The position numbers and the translations under genes were made by a program. Under the pieces are notes generated by a model, which saw nothing but the letters and a program-made list of their open reading frames with translations, searched no databases and was not told the DNA's origin. From Eledone cirrhosa (Eukaryota), in assembly GCA_964016885.1 (NCBI GenBank), contig OZ024740.1:272428001-272492000 (forward strand): a DNA stretch of 64,000 nucleotides, given 5' to 3'. Of the stretch, positions 36,535-50,250 are shown piece after piece (the first letter of the stretch is position 1; each line of letters opens with the position of its first letter).

Positions 36535-38515
36535 GGAACGAACCCGGCTTTGGTGGGGCCCTGATCAACTTGGATCAATCTAAGGCATTCGATAGGGTCG
36601 AGCATGGTTACCTGGATGCGGTGCTAGCGGCGGCAGGCTTCGGACCCGTTTTCAGGGGCTGGATCAATGCCATGCACAGCAGCCGCATCTGCTCTAGGGT
36701 CAAGGTGAACGGCTACCTCTCGGAGCCGTTCGAAATCGCGCAGTCCATCCGACAGGGGTGCCCTCTCTCCTCCCTTCTGTATGTAGTGACTCTAGAGCCA
36801 CTGCTGCGGAAGTTGGAGTTGTTGCAGGGCATCCCGTTGGAACCGGGATTGCGGAAAGCGGTGTCAGCCTACGCCGATGACGTAACAGTAATGGTGTCGA
36901 CGGCCTCGGAAATCGGGGCGATCGGCACCTTACTGAAGGAGTACGAAAGGTTTACAGGGGCTAAGCTGAACCGGGACAAGTCGATCGGTCTGCAACTCGG
37001 CACGTGGAGGGGCAGATCGATGCCCTCCGATGGCGTCGTCGGGCGCTGGACGGAGGGCCCGGTGAAATTGCTCGGGGTCTGGTTCGGACCAGACCTCCAG
37101 GTGGAGAAGAACTGGGGTGAGGTGATGAGCAGGGTGTTTGCACTGACCCAGAAGTGGGCCGAGTGCAAACTGTCCCTGAAAGGTCGGGCGGAGGTGGCGA
37201 ACACTTATATAGCGTCCATCATCTACTACCGCCTGACCGTGGTGCCTTGCCCAAGGGAAACGCTCGCCAAAATGGAGCGCGCACTCTTCCAATTCCTTTG
37301 GAAGAGGCGGGCTCCTATGGTGAGGAGATCCATCTGCTGTCAACACCCTTCGAAAGGAGGGCTGGGAAGGCCGTGGCTGATGATATGTAAACACGCATTA
37401 AGGCTACGGCACCTTCAGGTATTCCTCTCCGGTCAACCGGTGTGGGCCCCGTTTGTGAGGTGAGCCTTTCCCAGACTCGTCTCACTCACCGAGCTGCAAT
37501 CCTGGGTCAAGCAAAGACCGAGAAAACTGGGCGCCTGGCACACCGAGTGTGCCCAGGCGCTCACGGCTCTCTGGCAGGCGGACCCGGCTGTCAGTGGAGA
37601 ATCCACCTCGTCATTCTATAGAGGGCTGGTGGTTAGCAGGTGCGACGACGCCCTCGGAGAAGCCCTAGGCATGGAGGAAGACGAACTGGCCAACTTGTTC
37701 GGTAGGACATTCAGCCCGGGACCCATGGATAACTTCCAGAGGTCCCTGGCCTGGCAATGCTACAGAAGGGCTCTGCCCGTTCGAGAAAGGCTCTACAGAC
37801 ACGGGCGCCCGGGTAGGGACCCATCGAAAAAGGTCTGTCCCAGATGCGTGTGCGACGAGGAAACCGTTGCACACGCATTGGTACACTGCTCGGGCATTGC
37901 CGATCTGTGGGGCTATGTCGAACAACTGCTGTCAAGGGTGGGACCGATCCGGTTGACCACCGAGTCTATTGTAACGATCAAGCCGCCTCCCCTCTTCAAA
38001 AACGAAGGAGAGGCGGTGTTTCTGTGCGTAATAGCCATGGCGAAAGAGGTTGTATGGTGGACGCGTCTGAAAGGACTGAGGTCAGACACCTTTCTCTCTG
38101 GCCAACAACTGGTCCGTTTCTTCCGATATCATTTCGGAAGAAGGATCAGCATGGAGAGAGAGGTGCTGCACTCCAGCCGTTTCTATGAAAGATGGGTGAA
38201 AGTGGCGAGAATGGCCCGTGTGAATGGGCCTTCACTCTACATCAGACTATAGGTGAGGAAGATGAAAGACCAAGGGAGCACCCCTTCTCTGTGCTCCTGA
38301 GGAGAAGGGTTGCACACTTTTTTCGGGGGTGTGTGCGACCCCCCAAGGCGCCTCCTCTCTATTGAGGACTTTGTTATAAATTTTATTTTTTGTTATATTT
38401 TATTTTATTTTTATATATTGTTATTGCCTCCTCCTTATTGAGGACGCCTTGTTTTGTAAACTCCCCCCATTGTACTTGTCCCACTTTTGATGCCCTGGTG
38501 GCAAATAAAAGAAAC
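36535..38515 (+). mobile_element. Tx1-like copy C, 5'-truncated within the RT, with a premature stop
   Basis: Starts at EPGFGGALINLDQSKAFD. TGA at 37461 where copies A and B have CGA. ORF2 stop at 38252. ATCT tract at 38517-38630. Confidence 0.92.
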
Positions 38516-38516
38516 A

Positions 38517-38547
<31 letters not shown>

Positions 38548-38567
38548 TTATCTATCTATCTATCTAC

Positions 38568-38628
<61 letters not shown>

Positions 38629-38630
<2 letters not shown>

Positions 38631-39392
38631 GGACTTTCGGCCCAGGACCAATGGACAACTTCCAGAAGTCACTGGCCTGGCAGTGCTACCGGGGGGCTCT
38701 ACCCGTTCGAGAGAGGCTCTACAGACACGGGCGCCCGGGCAGGGATCCCTCAAAAAAGATTTGCCCTAGATGCGTGCGTCACGAAGAAACCGTTGCGCAC
38801 GCATTGGTGCAATGTCCGGGCGTGGCTGATCTGTGGGGCTACGCCGAACGACTGCTGTCGCGGGTGGCGCCGATTAAATTGACCGCCGAGTCCGTGATGA
38901 CAATCAAACCGCCTCCCCTCTTCACAAAGGAAGCAAAGGAGGTTTTTCTGTGCGTAATAGCCATGTTGAAAGAGGTTGTTTGGTGGACACGATTGAAAGG
39001 TCTGAGGTCAGGCAACTTCCTCTCTGGCCATAGTCTGGTCTACTTCTTCCGATATCACTTCGGAAGAAGGATAAGAATGGAGAGAGAGGTGCTTGGCCAC
39101 AGGCAGTTTTATGAAAGGTGGGTGATAGTGGCGAGAATGGCTCGTGTAAATGGGCCTTCTCTGTATACCATCCTGTAGGTAAAGAAGTAAAGGAGAGGGG
39201 AGCACCTTCTCCATGTGCGCCCCGGGCAAAGGATTGCACACTTTTTCGGGGGTGTGTGCAACCCCCATCACGTCCCCTCCCTTTTGAGGTTATTTTCGAT
39301 TATTTTCATGTTACACCCTTTTTACTCGATTATATGTAAACTCCCCCTTTGTATTTGTCCCTTCTTTTTATGCCTTTATGGTAAATAAAGAA

Positions 39393-39394
<2 letters not shown>
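38629..39394 (+). mobile_element. Tx1-like copy D, 5'-truncated
   Basis: Starts at RTFGPGPMDNFQ. Stop at 39178, 3' UTR, then (ATCT)n at 39393-39453. Confidence 0.92.
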
Positions 39395-39454
<60 letters not shown>

Positions 39455-39509
39455 GTATGTGTGTATGTATGTTTGTATGTATGTATCTATCTATTCATAT
39501 TTTCCTCGC

Positions 39510-39612
<103 letters not shown>

Positions 39613-39613
39613 A

Positions 39614-40511
39614 AGAGGTGCGTCAGAAATGTTCCAGGACTGATGTCACAAAAGATTTATTTCAAACCCAAACTTCACACTAAGAGTTTTCTCCTTCAAA
39701 GTAATCCCCTCGAGTATGTACCTGTAATCTTAGCTCTCTGCAGCGATCAAACTTTTTTTTTTCATAATTTTATATACATGCCCTCTGTTTCAGGTCGTCA
39801 AGCAATGAGCACAGAGCAACGAACAAACTTGAAGTTTCTTGCATGGTTGGGGAAAACTTCGCTGCAGCAAGTGTATGGAGATGAGACGATGTCACGCTCA
39901 CGTGTTTTTGAGTGGTGCAAGAGGTTTAAAGAAGGACGCGAGGACGCTGAAGATGACCCCAGGAGCAGAAGGTCCTCAACAACCAGGACTGAGGTCAACG
40001 TTGAGCGCGTCAGGCAGATGGTGTGTAGCGATCGTCGGCTGACTGTTCGACTGATGGCAAATGAGCTGGGCATGAATCGGGACAGCGTCTGGAAGATTCT
40101 CACTAAAGATTTGGACATGCGGAAAGTCTGCGCGAAGATGGTGCCAAAACTGCTGAACGATGACCAGAAGGGTCGACACATGCTAGTGTGCCAGGACATC
40201 CTCGAGCGTCTTGAAACCGAACCAGACTTGCTAGGGACAGTCATCATCGGTGATGAGTCATGGATCTTCGAGTACGACCCGGAGGGGACCCGTTTTGAAG
40301 ACGTGGACGACATCAAAATGGCTGTGATGACGGAACTGCGGAGGATCCCGGAAGAATCCTTCCAGGAGTGCATGCAAGCGTGGCAGAAAAGGATGGAAAA
40401 GTGCATTAGACTCCAGGGGGATTATTTGAAGGAGAAAACTCTTAGTGTCAAGTTTGGGGTTGAAATAAATCTTTTGTGACATCAGTCCTGGAACTTTTCT
40501 GACACACCTCG
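39614..40511 (+). mobile_element. Internally deleted mariner-like transposon with about 97-bp TIRs and TA TSD
   Basis: 39614-39710 is the near reverse complement of 40415-40511. TA on both sides. Confidence 0.9.
39804..40479 (+). pseudogene. Mariner transposase with the catalytic core deleted in frame
   Basis: EQRTNLKF, VFEWCKRFKEGR (HTH), CAKMVPKLL (WVPxxL linker) and GDESWIFEYDPE are joined directly to GTRFEDVDDIK...QGDYL. The second and third catalytic Asp regions are missing. Confidence 0.85.
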
Positions 40512-41206
40512 TATATATAGAGAGAAGAGGTATGAATAGACACACACACACACACACATATATATATACATATCCACGCATACTCACATATATAATATAC
40601 GAAATATAATATATTACTAATTACCTGGTAAATGAGACATGAGTCTTTCGATTCCCCCTCGTTTAGTTCGCAGATTATAGGGATTTGTTAAAAATAATAC
40701 CTATATATGGTGCTCTGTATACACGTATGAATATACGCGTGTATATATATATATATGCATAATCATGCCTCTTCTCTCTCTATATATACATTCTCCTTCT
40801 TAACAAGGAAGATGAAAAAATTTACCTCTTAATTTTAAATCTTTAATTTTTAGTTTTTAATTCTTATTAATTCTTTTTAATTGTAATACTCAACATTTGA
40901 TAATATGAATTTTAATAATACATCGAAACCGGTAATACTTTATATACTTTATATACATTATAAAACTCTTTTTTAAAAGAATTTTCCCTCTGATTTTTGT
41001 CAATAATGTCACCTTGACGAATCAAAGAAAGAAAAAAAAACAGACCGTAAAATATATTTTCCATGCTATTTCCAATTTCACATTTTCTCTATAACCAGTG
41101 TTTTGTATAGAACCCTACTTCCATTTTCTATTATATATATATATATATATATGAATATTTATATACACATATATATATATGAATACACACACACACACAC
41201 ACACAT

Positions 41207-41260
<54 letters not shown>

Positions 41261-41502
41261 GGTGTTGGATGCTTAAAGCGTCCGTATGCGGTAGGCCGTT
41301 TGAGCACTCGATGGAATTTATTGGACATATTACAATCGTTTCTAAATCTGCTTCGTAGAATCAAGACGTATCTGAGGACCTTGCGATTTTCAGAGTCAGG
41401 TTAGATCATCACATCGATCGTGCCTCGAGCTGGTCGCCAGAGAAACGATTGTAATATGTCCAATAAATTCCATTCGTCGCAACACTGATTCTCTTTTTTT
41501 CT

Positions 41503-41548
<46 letters not shown>

Positions 41549-42348
41549 GGGAAACGATGAAGTTTTGTTTACGTGTAGTTATTTTTTTTATTGTGTATCG
41601 ACCTGCTATGCGCGTTTTGCAGAGAATTGGCTTAAGGATACCCAAAGGTGATTCAACAAACAATGGTGTGTTTTTGTTGAATCACCTGTCTGAAGAGCGG
41701 ATAGATAGTGGAGTCGGGTCCAATACTTCTATGGTTGATCTTGAGCCAATCTTCAGCGACACGCGCGTAACAGTCTAATAGTGGGATGAATTCTTCCTCT
41801 ATACATCATTCCCATTTCTTTTCTTCCGCTCTATATCCTTCTTTGGAGAGGAGATGGGTTCCGCCAGGTTTCCAAATGGCATAGAAACGCTACATGTGAA
41901 TATGACGCCTCGACGACTCCATGAGAAGTTACGGGTCCATACATACTTACATGATCGAACTTTATGGAGAAAGATATCTCATGCTGATGCGCAGTCTGCA
42001 ACTGGCGAAGTTTAGCGTCACAAGAAGACATACTTACAGATTCATATGAACAGATAAACATACAAATGGAAATTTCAATTAAAAAATACAACCAAATCAG
42101 ATAGGAAACGAACACCCCATCACAATTTTCTCAAATGTATATATATATTTACTTCAAATCCTAACACCAAGATTTATTCTAAATTTTATTCTTTACATAT
42201 TCTTTACATATATATAATATTCGTATATACGTTAGGAGATGTATGTAGGTATGCGTGCGTTTTTTATGTGTGTGCATGCATATATTTTTTCACACACGCA
42301 CAGATGCATATAAATATGAACGAATATATGTATGGAGTTATATATATA

Positions 42349-42408
<60 letters not shown>

Positions 42409-42421
42409 CATAGACACACAA

Positions 42422-42468
<47 letters not shown>

Positions 42469-42682
42469 CATATATATATACAAATATATATACAAATATA
42501 TATATATATAACTCCATACATATACTCGTGTATACAAACAATATTTAAATGCAGATTCTTATATACGTGCAGTTGTGTATGGATACACATTTAAACGCGT
42601 GCGTAGACTCATATTTAAAGAACAACGAAAGGATGACTAATATATATAAACCAGTAGAAATCCAAGCTGTTTCTAAAGATCG

Positions 42683-42751
<69 letters not shown>

Positions 42752-42874
42752 TCTATCTCTCTTTCTCTCTCTATCTATTTCTCTCTCTCTCACTCTTATC
42801 CCCCCTGTCTCTGTCTCTCTCGCTATCTCTCATACACACACACGCAGACACGAACAAATACTTATGTTCATATG

Positions 42875-42963
<89 letters not shown>

Positions 42964-43514
42964 ATTTAAAAAGATAATAGTAGACTTGTAGTCTTTAGCG
43001 TCTAAAGTTTTATAAACAGACGACACAATGAGTTTAACTAGCGGTTAAGTCATGGATTTAGTCATAAGAAAATTAAAGTTGTCATTCCCAAGTTAGATTT
43101 GAAGGAGAAATCTGGATTAGTTATCTCGCATAAGACAAACTGCTTTTAGTTTTAATTATACTTTTTTTTTCAAATATAAATCGCCTGTCAAACAGATTGA
43201 TAACTTTTTGATACAATAATTAACTCATATTTCACTCACAACGAAATATGATAAAAAAATAAAAAAAACATAGATACAAAAATTATAAAAAGAAAGAAAA
43301 AGAGAAAGAAGTAAAAATTTCCAGTTCTGGTAAAGAAGAGAGCACAAATATACTCTTGGGCGTGTAGGTGTGTTTGGGTGTGTGGTGTGTCTGTAGATGT
43401 GGGTGAGGGAGAGAGATAGAATGTGTGTATACGTGGAAGTACACGTGTACGTATAAGTAATAACGTAATATTTTTTTGAATATTTACTTCTATGAATATA
43501 TACATAAATTTGCA

Positions 43515-43620
<106 letters not shown>

Positions 43621-43878
43621 TGTGTATATATATATGTATATATATATATGAATATATATATGCGTATATATATATATACGCATATATATATATACATTTA
43701 TATGTATATATATATGTATACATTTATATGTATATATATATATGTATATATATACATTTATATGTATATATATATATGTATATATATATATACATTTATA
43801 TGTATATATATATATGTATATATATATGTATATATATATATATATGTATATATATGTATATATACATTTATATGTATA

Positions 43879-43921
<43 letters not shown>

Positions 43922-44727
43922 GTGTGTGTATATGTGTGTGTGCATGTGTGTGTGTAACCCAAGCACTCACACACTTATAACTACCTACAATGATTGATTT
44001 CATTGTAGAATGCAAAACACAAATTTAGCAAAGATATTTGTAATATTGTCTGAGATTTTGTCTACCATTTCGAAACGAAAAACAAAGTAAAAATTTTTTT
44101 CACAAATGTAGAAATATAAAAACGAATATTGGTATATTGATTATCAATTAAACTGATGTTCCACGTGATCAGGGCCTTGTTTTTTTCTAAAATGGTCGAA
44201 CGCTGGTCTTTGGCTTGGCAGCCATATTAAAATGCACGTTTTAAAAGTGCTAAACTTCAGAATTTCGACAGAAATAATCGACATATCAAAATACAACACT
44301 AATGTATAAATGCGTTAGGCTCTTTTCATATTTGAGAGTTAAAATTTATGGCTTCGTCGTCTAGTTTGGCAGGAATAAGAAGGGAAAGCAAACACGTATT
44401 AATAGAAAGAGAAAGAGAATAAAATATATGATAAAAAGTAAAACATACAAAAAAAAAAAAAAAGCATGACAGAATAGAAAAATGATTATAAGAAAGAATA
44501 CTAATAAAGAAGAGAACATTTGGAGTAGAACATTTGAAGTAGATGTGTAGAGGAGGTTGAGTTGAGAGAGGAGGATATCATTTAAAGAAAATGATTCTAT
44601 CCATATATTTTCTTTCAGACATGTGCACACGTTCACGTAATGTAAACGCCGAAGAGAACTGGCACAACCGAATATACATGGGTATGCACACGGATAGATA
44701 CACAAAGTCGAGAAGGCATGGAGACGC

Positions 44728-44767
<40 letters not shown>

Positions 44768-44803
44768 ATATATATATATGTATATATATACATAAACATA
44801 CAC

Positions 44804-44835
<32 letters not shown>

Positions 44836-44836
44836 C

Positions 44837-44976
<140 letters not shown>

Positions 44977-44984
44977 TATAGATG

Positions 44985-45035
44985 AGATTCTACAGGACTA
45001 GAACTATTTCATTCTTTAGAAATCATCAGGAATCT
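44985..45035 (-). ncRNA. Type I hammerhead ribozyme
   Basis: Minus strand reads agattc-CUGAUGA-u-uuc-uaaa-gaa-u-GAAA-uag-uucuaguc-cugUA-gaaucu. Stem I is 6 bp; stems II and III are formable; GUA site. Confidence 0.75.
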
Positions 45036-45584
45036 GGCTTTCCAAAATAAATGTTGTGGTATTTATATCTTTTCAGGTGGTAGGAGAGGGTGGGGAGTGG
45101 GATGGGTGGAGGTCATTGGTTGATAGAAAAGGGAATTCATTAAAAGCTAATTCTTTAAGACTATAATTTATATTTAGAGTAACAAAGGCAGAAAGAATTC
45201 TATAACCAAGTTCAGATTGGGGTGCCACTCCTTATTTTTAAGTTTCTCTTAGGCTAACAATGCCTATATTTCAGGTGTCTATAAGATGGTTGGGGGTCGG
45301 TCATGGTTGATGGATTTAAAGAAAAGGGACATTTTTTAAAAGCTAATTATTTAAAGCTTTAGAGCTTTAAAGAATTAGCCGTCGAAACGGCTTGAGCTCT
45401 GCCGTCGGGGTCATACCTTTTCCTATATATATATATAGAAATAGGATTTCGCTTCAAGCATAGCTTTATACAATATATATAAATATTTCGTATCTCCAAA
45501 GAAATACGGTTTTAGGAAGCCGTAGCTATGCAAACACCGGGGGGCTACGCCCTCTGGTGATGCCCAGCACAAGCAAGGGAGACA

Positions 45585-45628
45585 ACCGTCTATGCATTTC
45601 AGGCTTAACTGGCCTTCGTCAGGACGGT
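45585..45628 (-). ncRNA. Minimal type I hammerhead ribozyme with palindromic stem III
   Basis: Minus strand reads accguc-CUGACGA-aggc-caguuaa-gccu-GAAA-ugcaUA-gacggu. Stems I and II are perfect, with AUGCAU palindrome. Confidence 0.85.
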
Positions 45629-46087
45629 CCCTCCCACACCGCTTGCGACTGCAGGACGTATATATATATATATATGTGTATATATATATGTGTCTGTTTG
45701 TGTGCATGTAAGAGTACATATATATATGACTATGTTTATTCATATACAGTTCATAAACACGAAAATCTAGAGAAATACACACAATAAACCGTACTTTTGC
45801 ATCATTCTTTCCCTTTATGATAACTAGAATGATGTTAAAACTGAGGAATATTTGTGACGACTTCTATAAACTAGATATATGAAAAACCATGCTCTGTACA
45901 AAATGCAAATACACCGTGCCATTAGATTAAGAACAAATAGTATCAGAGTTTTACAGATGCACCATCTTTGGTAGATCTACACTGAATATATATATATGTA
46001 TGTAAAAGGTAAACAGAAATAACAACACAATCGGTACAGTATATGGAAGGGATATATTAGGTTAACGCTTGATAGAGCAGAAGAGGG

Positions 46088-46123
46088 TCTTAACGTTTCG
46101 GACGCTAGTCTGTCATCAGAAGA
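46088..46123 (-). ncRNA. Minimal type I hammerhead ribozyme
   Basis: Minus strand reads ucuu-CUGAUGA-ca-gac-uagc-guc-c-GAAA-cGUU-aaga. AACGUU palindrome and 4-bp stem I. Confidence 0.65.
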
Positions 46124-46227
46124 AAGAATGGGAAATAAGATAGATTGAGGGGACGGGCGGAATGGAATTGGAAAAAATGTCTTTAGATAAAAATAACAAG
46201 TCCATTCATGTTGACATCTCTATGAAA

Positions 46228-46636
46228 AGAGTCAGGACCCCGACGGCTGAGCTCCGGTCGTCTCGACAGCTAGTTCTGAACTAACGCAGTATTGTTAGCA
46301 CAGCAGTAATCTGGCTGAACTTATCAAGGGGTAATTCCATATATGGACCACTATGAAGGAATTTAACTGTGTTTACAAAAACTTTGACCACTCCCCTGAT
46401 AAAAACAACATTAAGAACTGTTTGACACGAGTGCATGCCCATATATGGAATTACCTCTTGATAAGTTCAGCCAGACTACTGCTGTGCTAACAATACTGCG
46501 TTAGTTCAGAACTAGCTGTCGAAATGGCCGAAGCTCAGCCGTCGGGGTCCTGACTCTGTTCCTATTACCCACTCTACTACCCAAAGTATCGAATACTCTG
46601 GTGCGTTATGGTCCACCTGGTTCCTTAGTACACTTT
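46228..46636 (+). mobile_element. Family X Penelope-like fragment with about 120-bp inverted arms
   Basis: 46228-46347 is the near reverse complement of 46439-46558. The tail continues to 46636, followed by a short TA run. Confidence 0.65.
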
Positions 46637-46814
46637 CTATATATATGTATATAACGTACACCCCCCCCCCAAAAAAAAAGAAGGAGAGCTGCGTGCGGCA
46701 CAGGTAATATTAACATGTACAACATTCCATGGTCATCGGCTTTCCAAATGGACGTACACAGTCTCGACTCTGTCATCCGAGGTGACAGCATCTGACAAAA
46801 TAGTCAACCGTACC

Positions 46815-46915
<101 letters not shown>

Positions 46916-47608
46916 GAGAGGTATAGAGATTGTTTTAGCAAGAAGCTAACGGCATTCTATAACATATATGCGACTATAACGTCAAGATGGGAAAAGTAGT
47001 TAATGAAAGATTTAGGAAAAATAACTCAAACTCATCTCAAAAGAGAATCAGGATATAAATTCAACCACAGAATTTAGTAAAATCCAGGGAAAAATCTATA
47101 GACCTTTAACTCATGATAAAATAAAGTTTGAAACACTTATCCTTCAATTTGGAATAACATCAAATGCTCTGTATAGTCTTAAAAGACTATTTCATGAAAA
47201 CTTTCAGTGGAGATGGTCACGGTTGGAATTTCATTCATCAGCAGAGCTCAACAGAAAACCAGGACTCTCACAGTAATATAATCCGAAAAAGGGAATTCTA
47301 AAACTGGCTAGTTCGCCTTCATGTGTATTTATGAAAAAGCACATGAGGAAAAAACGGGGCTAGTGACGTCAGGATGGAAGTGAATGTTTATTTACAAGAA
47401 ATAGCAGTCAAATACATTCTGAAAAAAACTCTACAAAAGAGTTCAGCAAAATAGCAATAATTATCACAGTTTTTATGAAAAAAACCGGGATTAGTCACAG
47501 ATAGTTTAAGCACTCTAGGAAAAGAATCCGAGTATAAATATAAATGAGAGGTATAGAGATTGTTTTAGCAAGAAGCTAAACCACGCAGTATTCTTCTTTC
47601 TTCTCATG

Positions 47609-47676
<68 letters not shown>

Positions 47677-47898
47677 CATGAGAAGAAAGAAGAATACTGC
47701 GTGGTTTGCAGATGGGTTACATATGATAAAAATAGTCCTTCATCAGTGATTTGCCAACCATCATTGGTATTTCATCGCATTAAAAATCAGATACCTCAGG
47801 TTGGTGCGACAATAAGCTAAAAAAAGTTATTGGGACCAGTAATCGCGTAAAGCGAGGGGGACAAGTGAACAACATAGAAGGATAAAAACAAACCAAAG

Positions 47899-47961
<63 letters not shown>

Positions 47962-47964
<3 letters not shown>

Positions 47965-48140
47965 CGAAGGAAGTGTGGTAAAGAACCAGGTGGACCGTAA
48001 CGCACCAGAGTACTGAATACTTACGGTAGTAGAGTGGGTAATAGGAAAATGTTCAAGACCCCGACGGTTATTTCTGGACGTCCAGAAATAGCCGTCGAAA
48101 CGGCTCGAGCTCTGCCGTCGGGGTCTTGAACATTTTCCTA
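47962..48140 (-). mobile_element. Family X Penelope-like fragment with fold-back
   Basis: Inverted repeat at 48042-48140. Adjacent (TA)n. Confidence 0.6.
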
Positions 48141-48142
48141 TA

Positions 48143-48187
<45 letters not shown>

Positions 48188-48191
48188 CTTA

Positions 48192-48307
<116 letters not shown>

Positions 48308-49209
48308 CATACATCAATATAAAGAGGGCTTTCGAGAGGCAGAGATGCTGTCACTCTGTTTACCTCTTTGATAAACCATTAGGCAGAATGTTAGTGGCAT
48401 CCCTTTTTTACAGAGTGAAGCAATCTATATATAAATTTCTGCGATTCGTAGAGAGAGGGATGGTTTAACTACCTCATACTACTCCCCTCTCTTTACATCT
48501 GCTGCCTGCGTGAACGTATGTGTATTTTTATAAGCGTGTCTGTGTTTACACGTTTATATATATATATATACTCATATAAATGTATGCATATGTACATGCA
48601 CACAGGCATACACATTCTAGTATATAATATTTAAGCTGTTATTGTTGCTGTCACTGTTGAAACATTTTCTCATCGCTACTTATAGTATTGCCTGCAAATG
48701 TTTGTGTTTTCAAATATATTTCTTTGTGCAACTGTCCCATATTTGTGTGTCTTTGAAAGCATCACTGCTTGTGTTTATAATTGCCTTTGCTTGTTTGATT
48801 CTTTTCTTTTTTTCTGATTGGCTTTTATATTTTCTTACAAATCCCTCTCCTCCTTTCAATACTCGAGAAATTAATCTTTTTATTTGTGGTTTATTCCTAC
48901 AGTATATGCGAATGTAGTTGCGTGTCTTGAATATATGTAGTGCCTTCATTATATTCACTATGATTAATGGCATAAAAGTGTAGTACCTAGATATTTGTAG
49001 TCATTGGTCAAATTTACTCTAGCTCAGAAATAATCAAAGACGTTCTTGTTGTGTGCACTACATCTTTCACTCAGACATAATACATAACGAGCACTACATT
49101 GTTTAAATGATCTCCCATAATTTTTTAAAGGTGGCAGAATGTTATTTTAACGAGAGTTAAACCGAAATTACGAAATTAAACCGAAGTGTTATCTTTTTAG
49201 TATAAATAA

Positions 49210-49249
<40 letters not shown>

Positions 49250-50108
49250 GCGGGTATGCTTTTTACATTCATTTGATTTATTGATTTATTGATATTTTAT
49301 CTGAGTGTCCCGAATCTTCCAGATCGTAATTTTTCGGTCGTATGGTTGATTTTAGACATGTTCTATGTGTGTCGGTATTTTAACGATAGTTATAGCTCTG
49401 ATTTATCTGAATTATTGAGCCCTCTGCCGCTCATTTCGAATTTTGTTTATCGTGAACTCGTGCGCCGATTTTTCGATACTCGATTATTCTACTATATTTA
49501 GCTCTAGACTTAGCTATTGACCAGTTAATTTTATTGTTCATTCTTTGTCGATTCTATTAAACGATGAATAGCTCCTGTTTATTTTAACATGTCTATTGAG
49601 CACTCTTATTCGATATGTGTATTTCCACATTTTCCCGAATATTTTTTGCGGATATAGAGGTTATCTCCCTTGCTGAATTCCATGTGCGTTTTTTCAACTT
49701 GGGTTGTCCCTTTTTATTCGTTCGGACAAAAGCTCGTTGAGAAAATAACTCCGGTCCGCTGCTTTCTAGAAGTCTTATATATTTTTATGTGGGCTGATAG
49801 AGGGCGGTTTAAGGATTTACAGAAACCCAAGAAGCTAGATTTACCATCTTTCTAGCGGGTTCGGGTATGCTTTTTACATTCATTTGATTTATTGATTTAT
49901 TGATATTTTATCTGAGTGTCCCGAATCTTCCAGATCGTAATTTTTCGGTCGTATGGTTGATTTTAGACATGTTTTATGTGTGTCGGTATTTTAACGATAG
50001 TTATAGCTCTGATTTATCTGAATTATTGAGCCCTCTGCCGCTCATTTCGAATTTTGTTTATCGTGAACTCGTGCGCCGATTTTTCGATACTCGATTATTC
50101 TACTATAT
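49250..50108 (-). repeat. About 250-bp near-perfect direct repeat (49250-49497 and 49862-50108); possibly a decayed Penelope-like partial tandem
   Basis: The duplication is directly visible. Minus-strand NKINWS...RKI weakly resembles a GIY-YIG C-terminus. (TA)n on both flanks. Confidence 0.6.
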
Positions 50109-50218
50109 ATATATATTTATATATATATAGTAAAAAATTGAACGGGAACAAAACAGAGAGGCAGTACGAACAAAGGGTTATTAGTTTCACGCTCTTGAGA
50201 GAGGGGTGGTGGTGGGGA

Positions 50219-50250
50219 ACGACGTTTCGGGCACACGCCCTTCTTCAGGT
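50219..50250 (-). ncRNA. Degenerate minimal hammerhead ribozyme
   Basis: Minus strand reads ac-CUGAAGA-a-gggc-gugu-gccc-GAAA-cGUC-gu. Core and stem II are intact; stem I is only 2 bp. Confidence 0.5.

Noticed and set aside
36501-36540. Apparent N-termini of ORFs 36501, 38390 and 39457 that run across ATCT/TA tracts into RT or transposase sequence
   Set aside because: Chance read-through across insertion junctions. The first two start at non-ATG codons.
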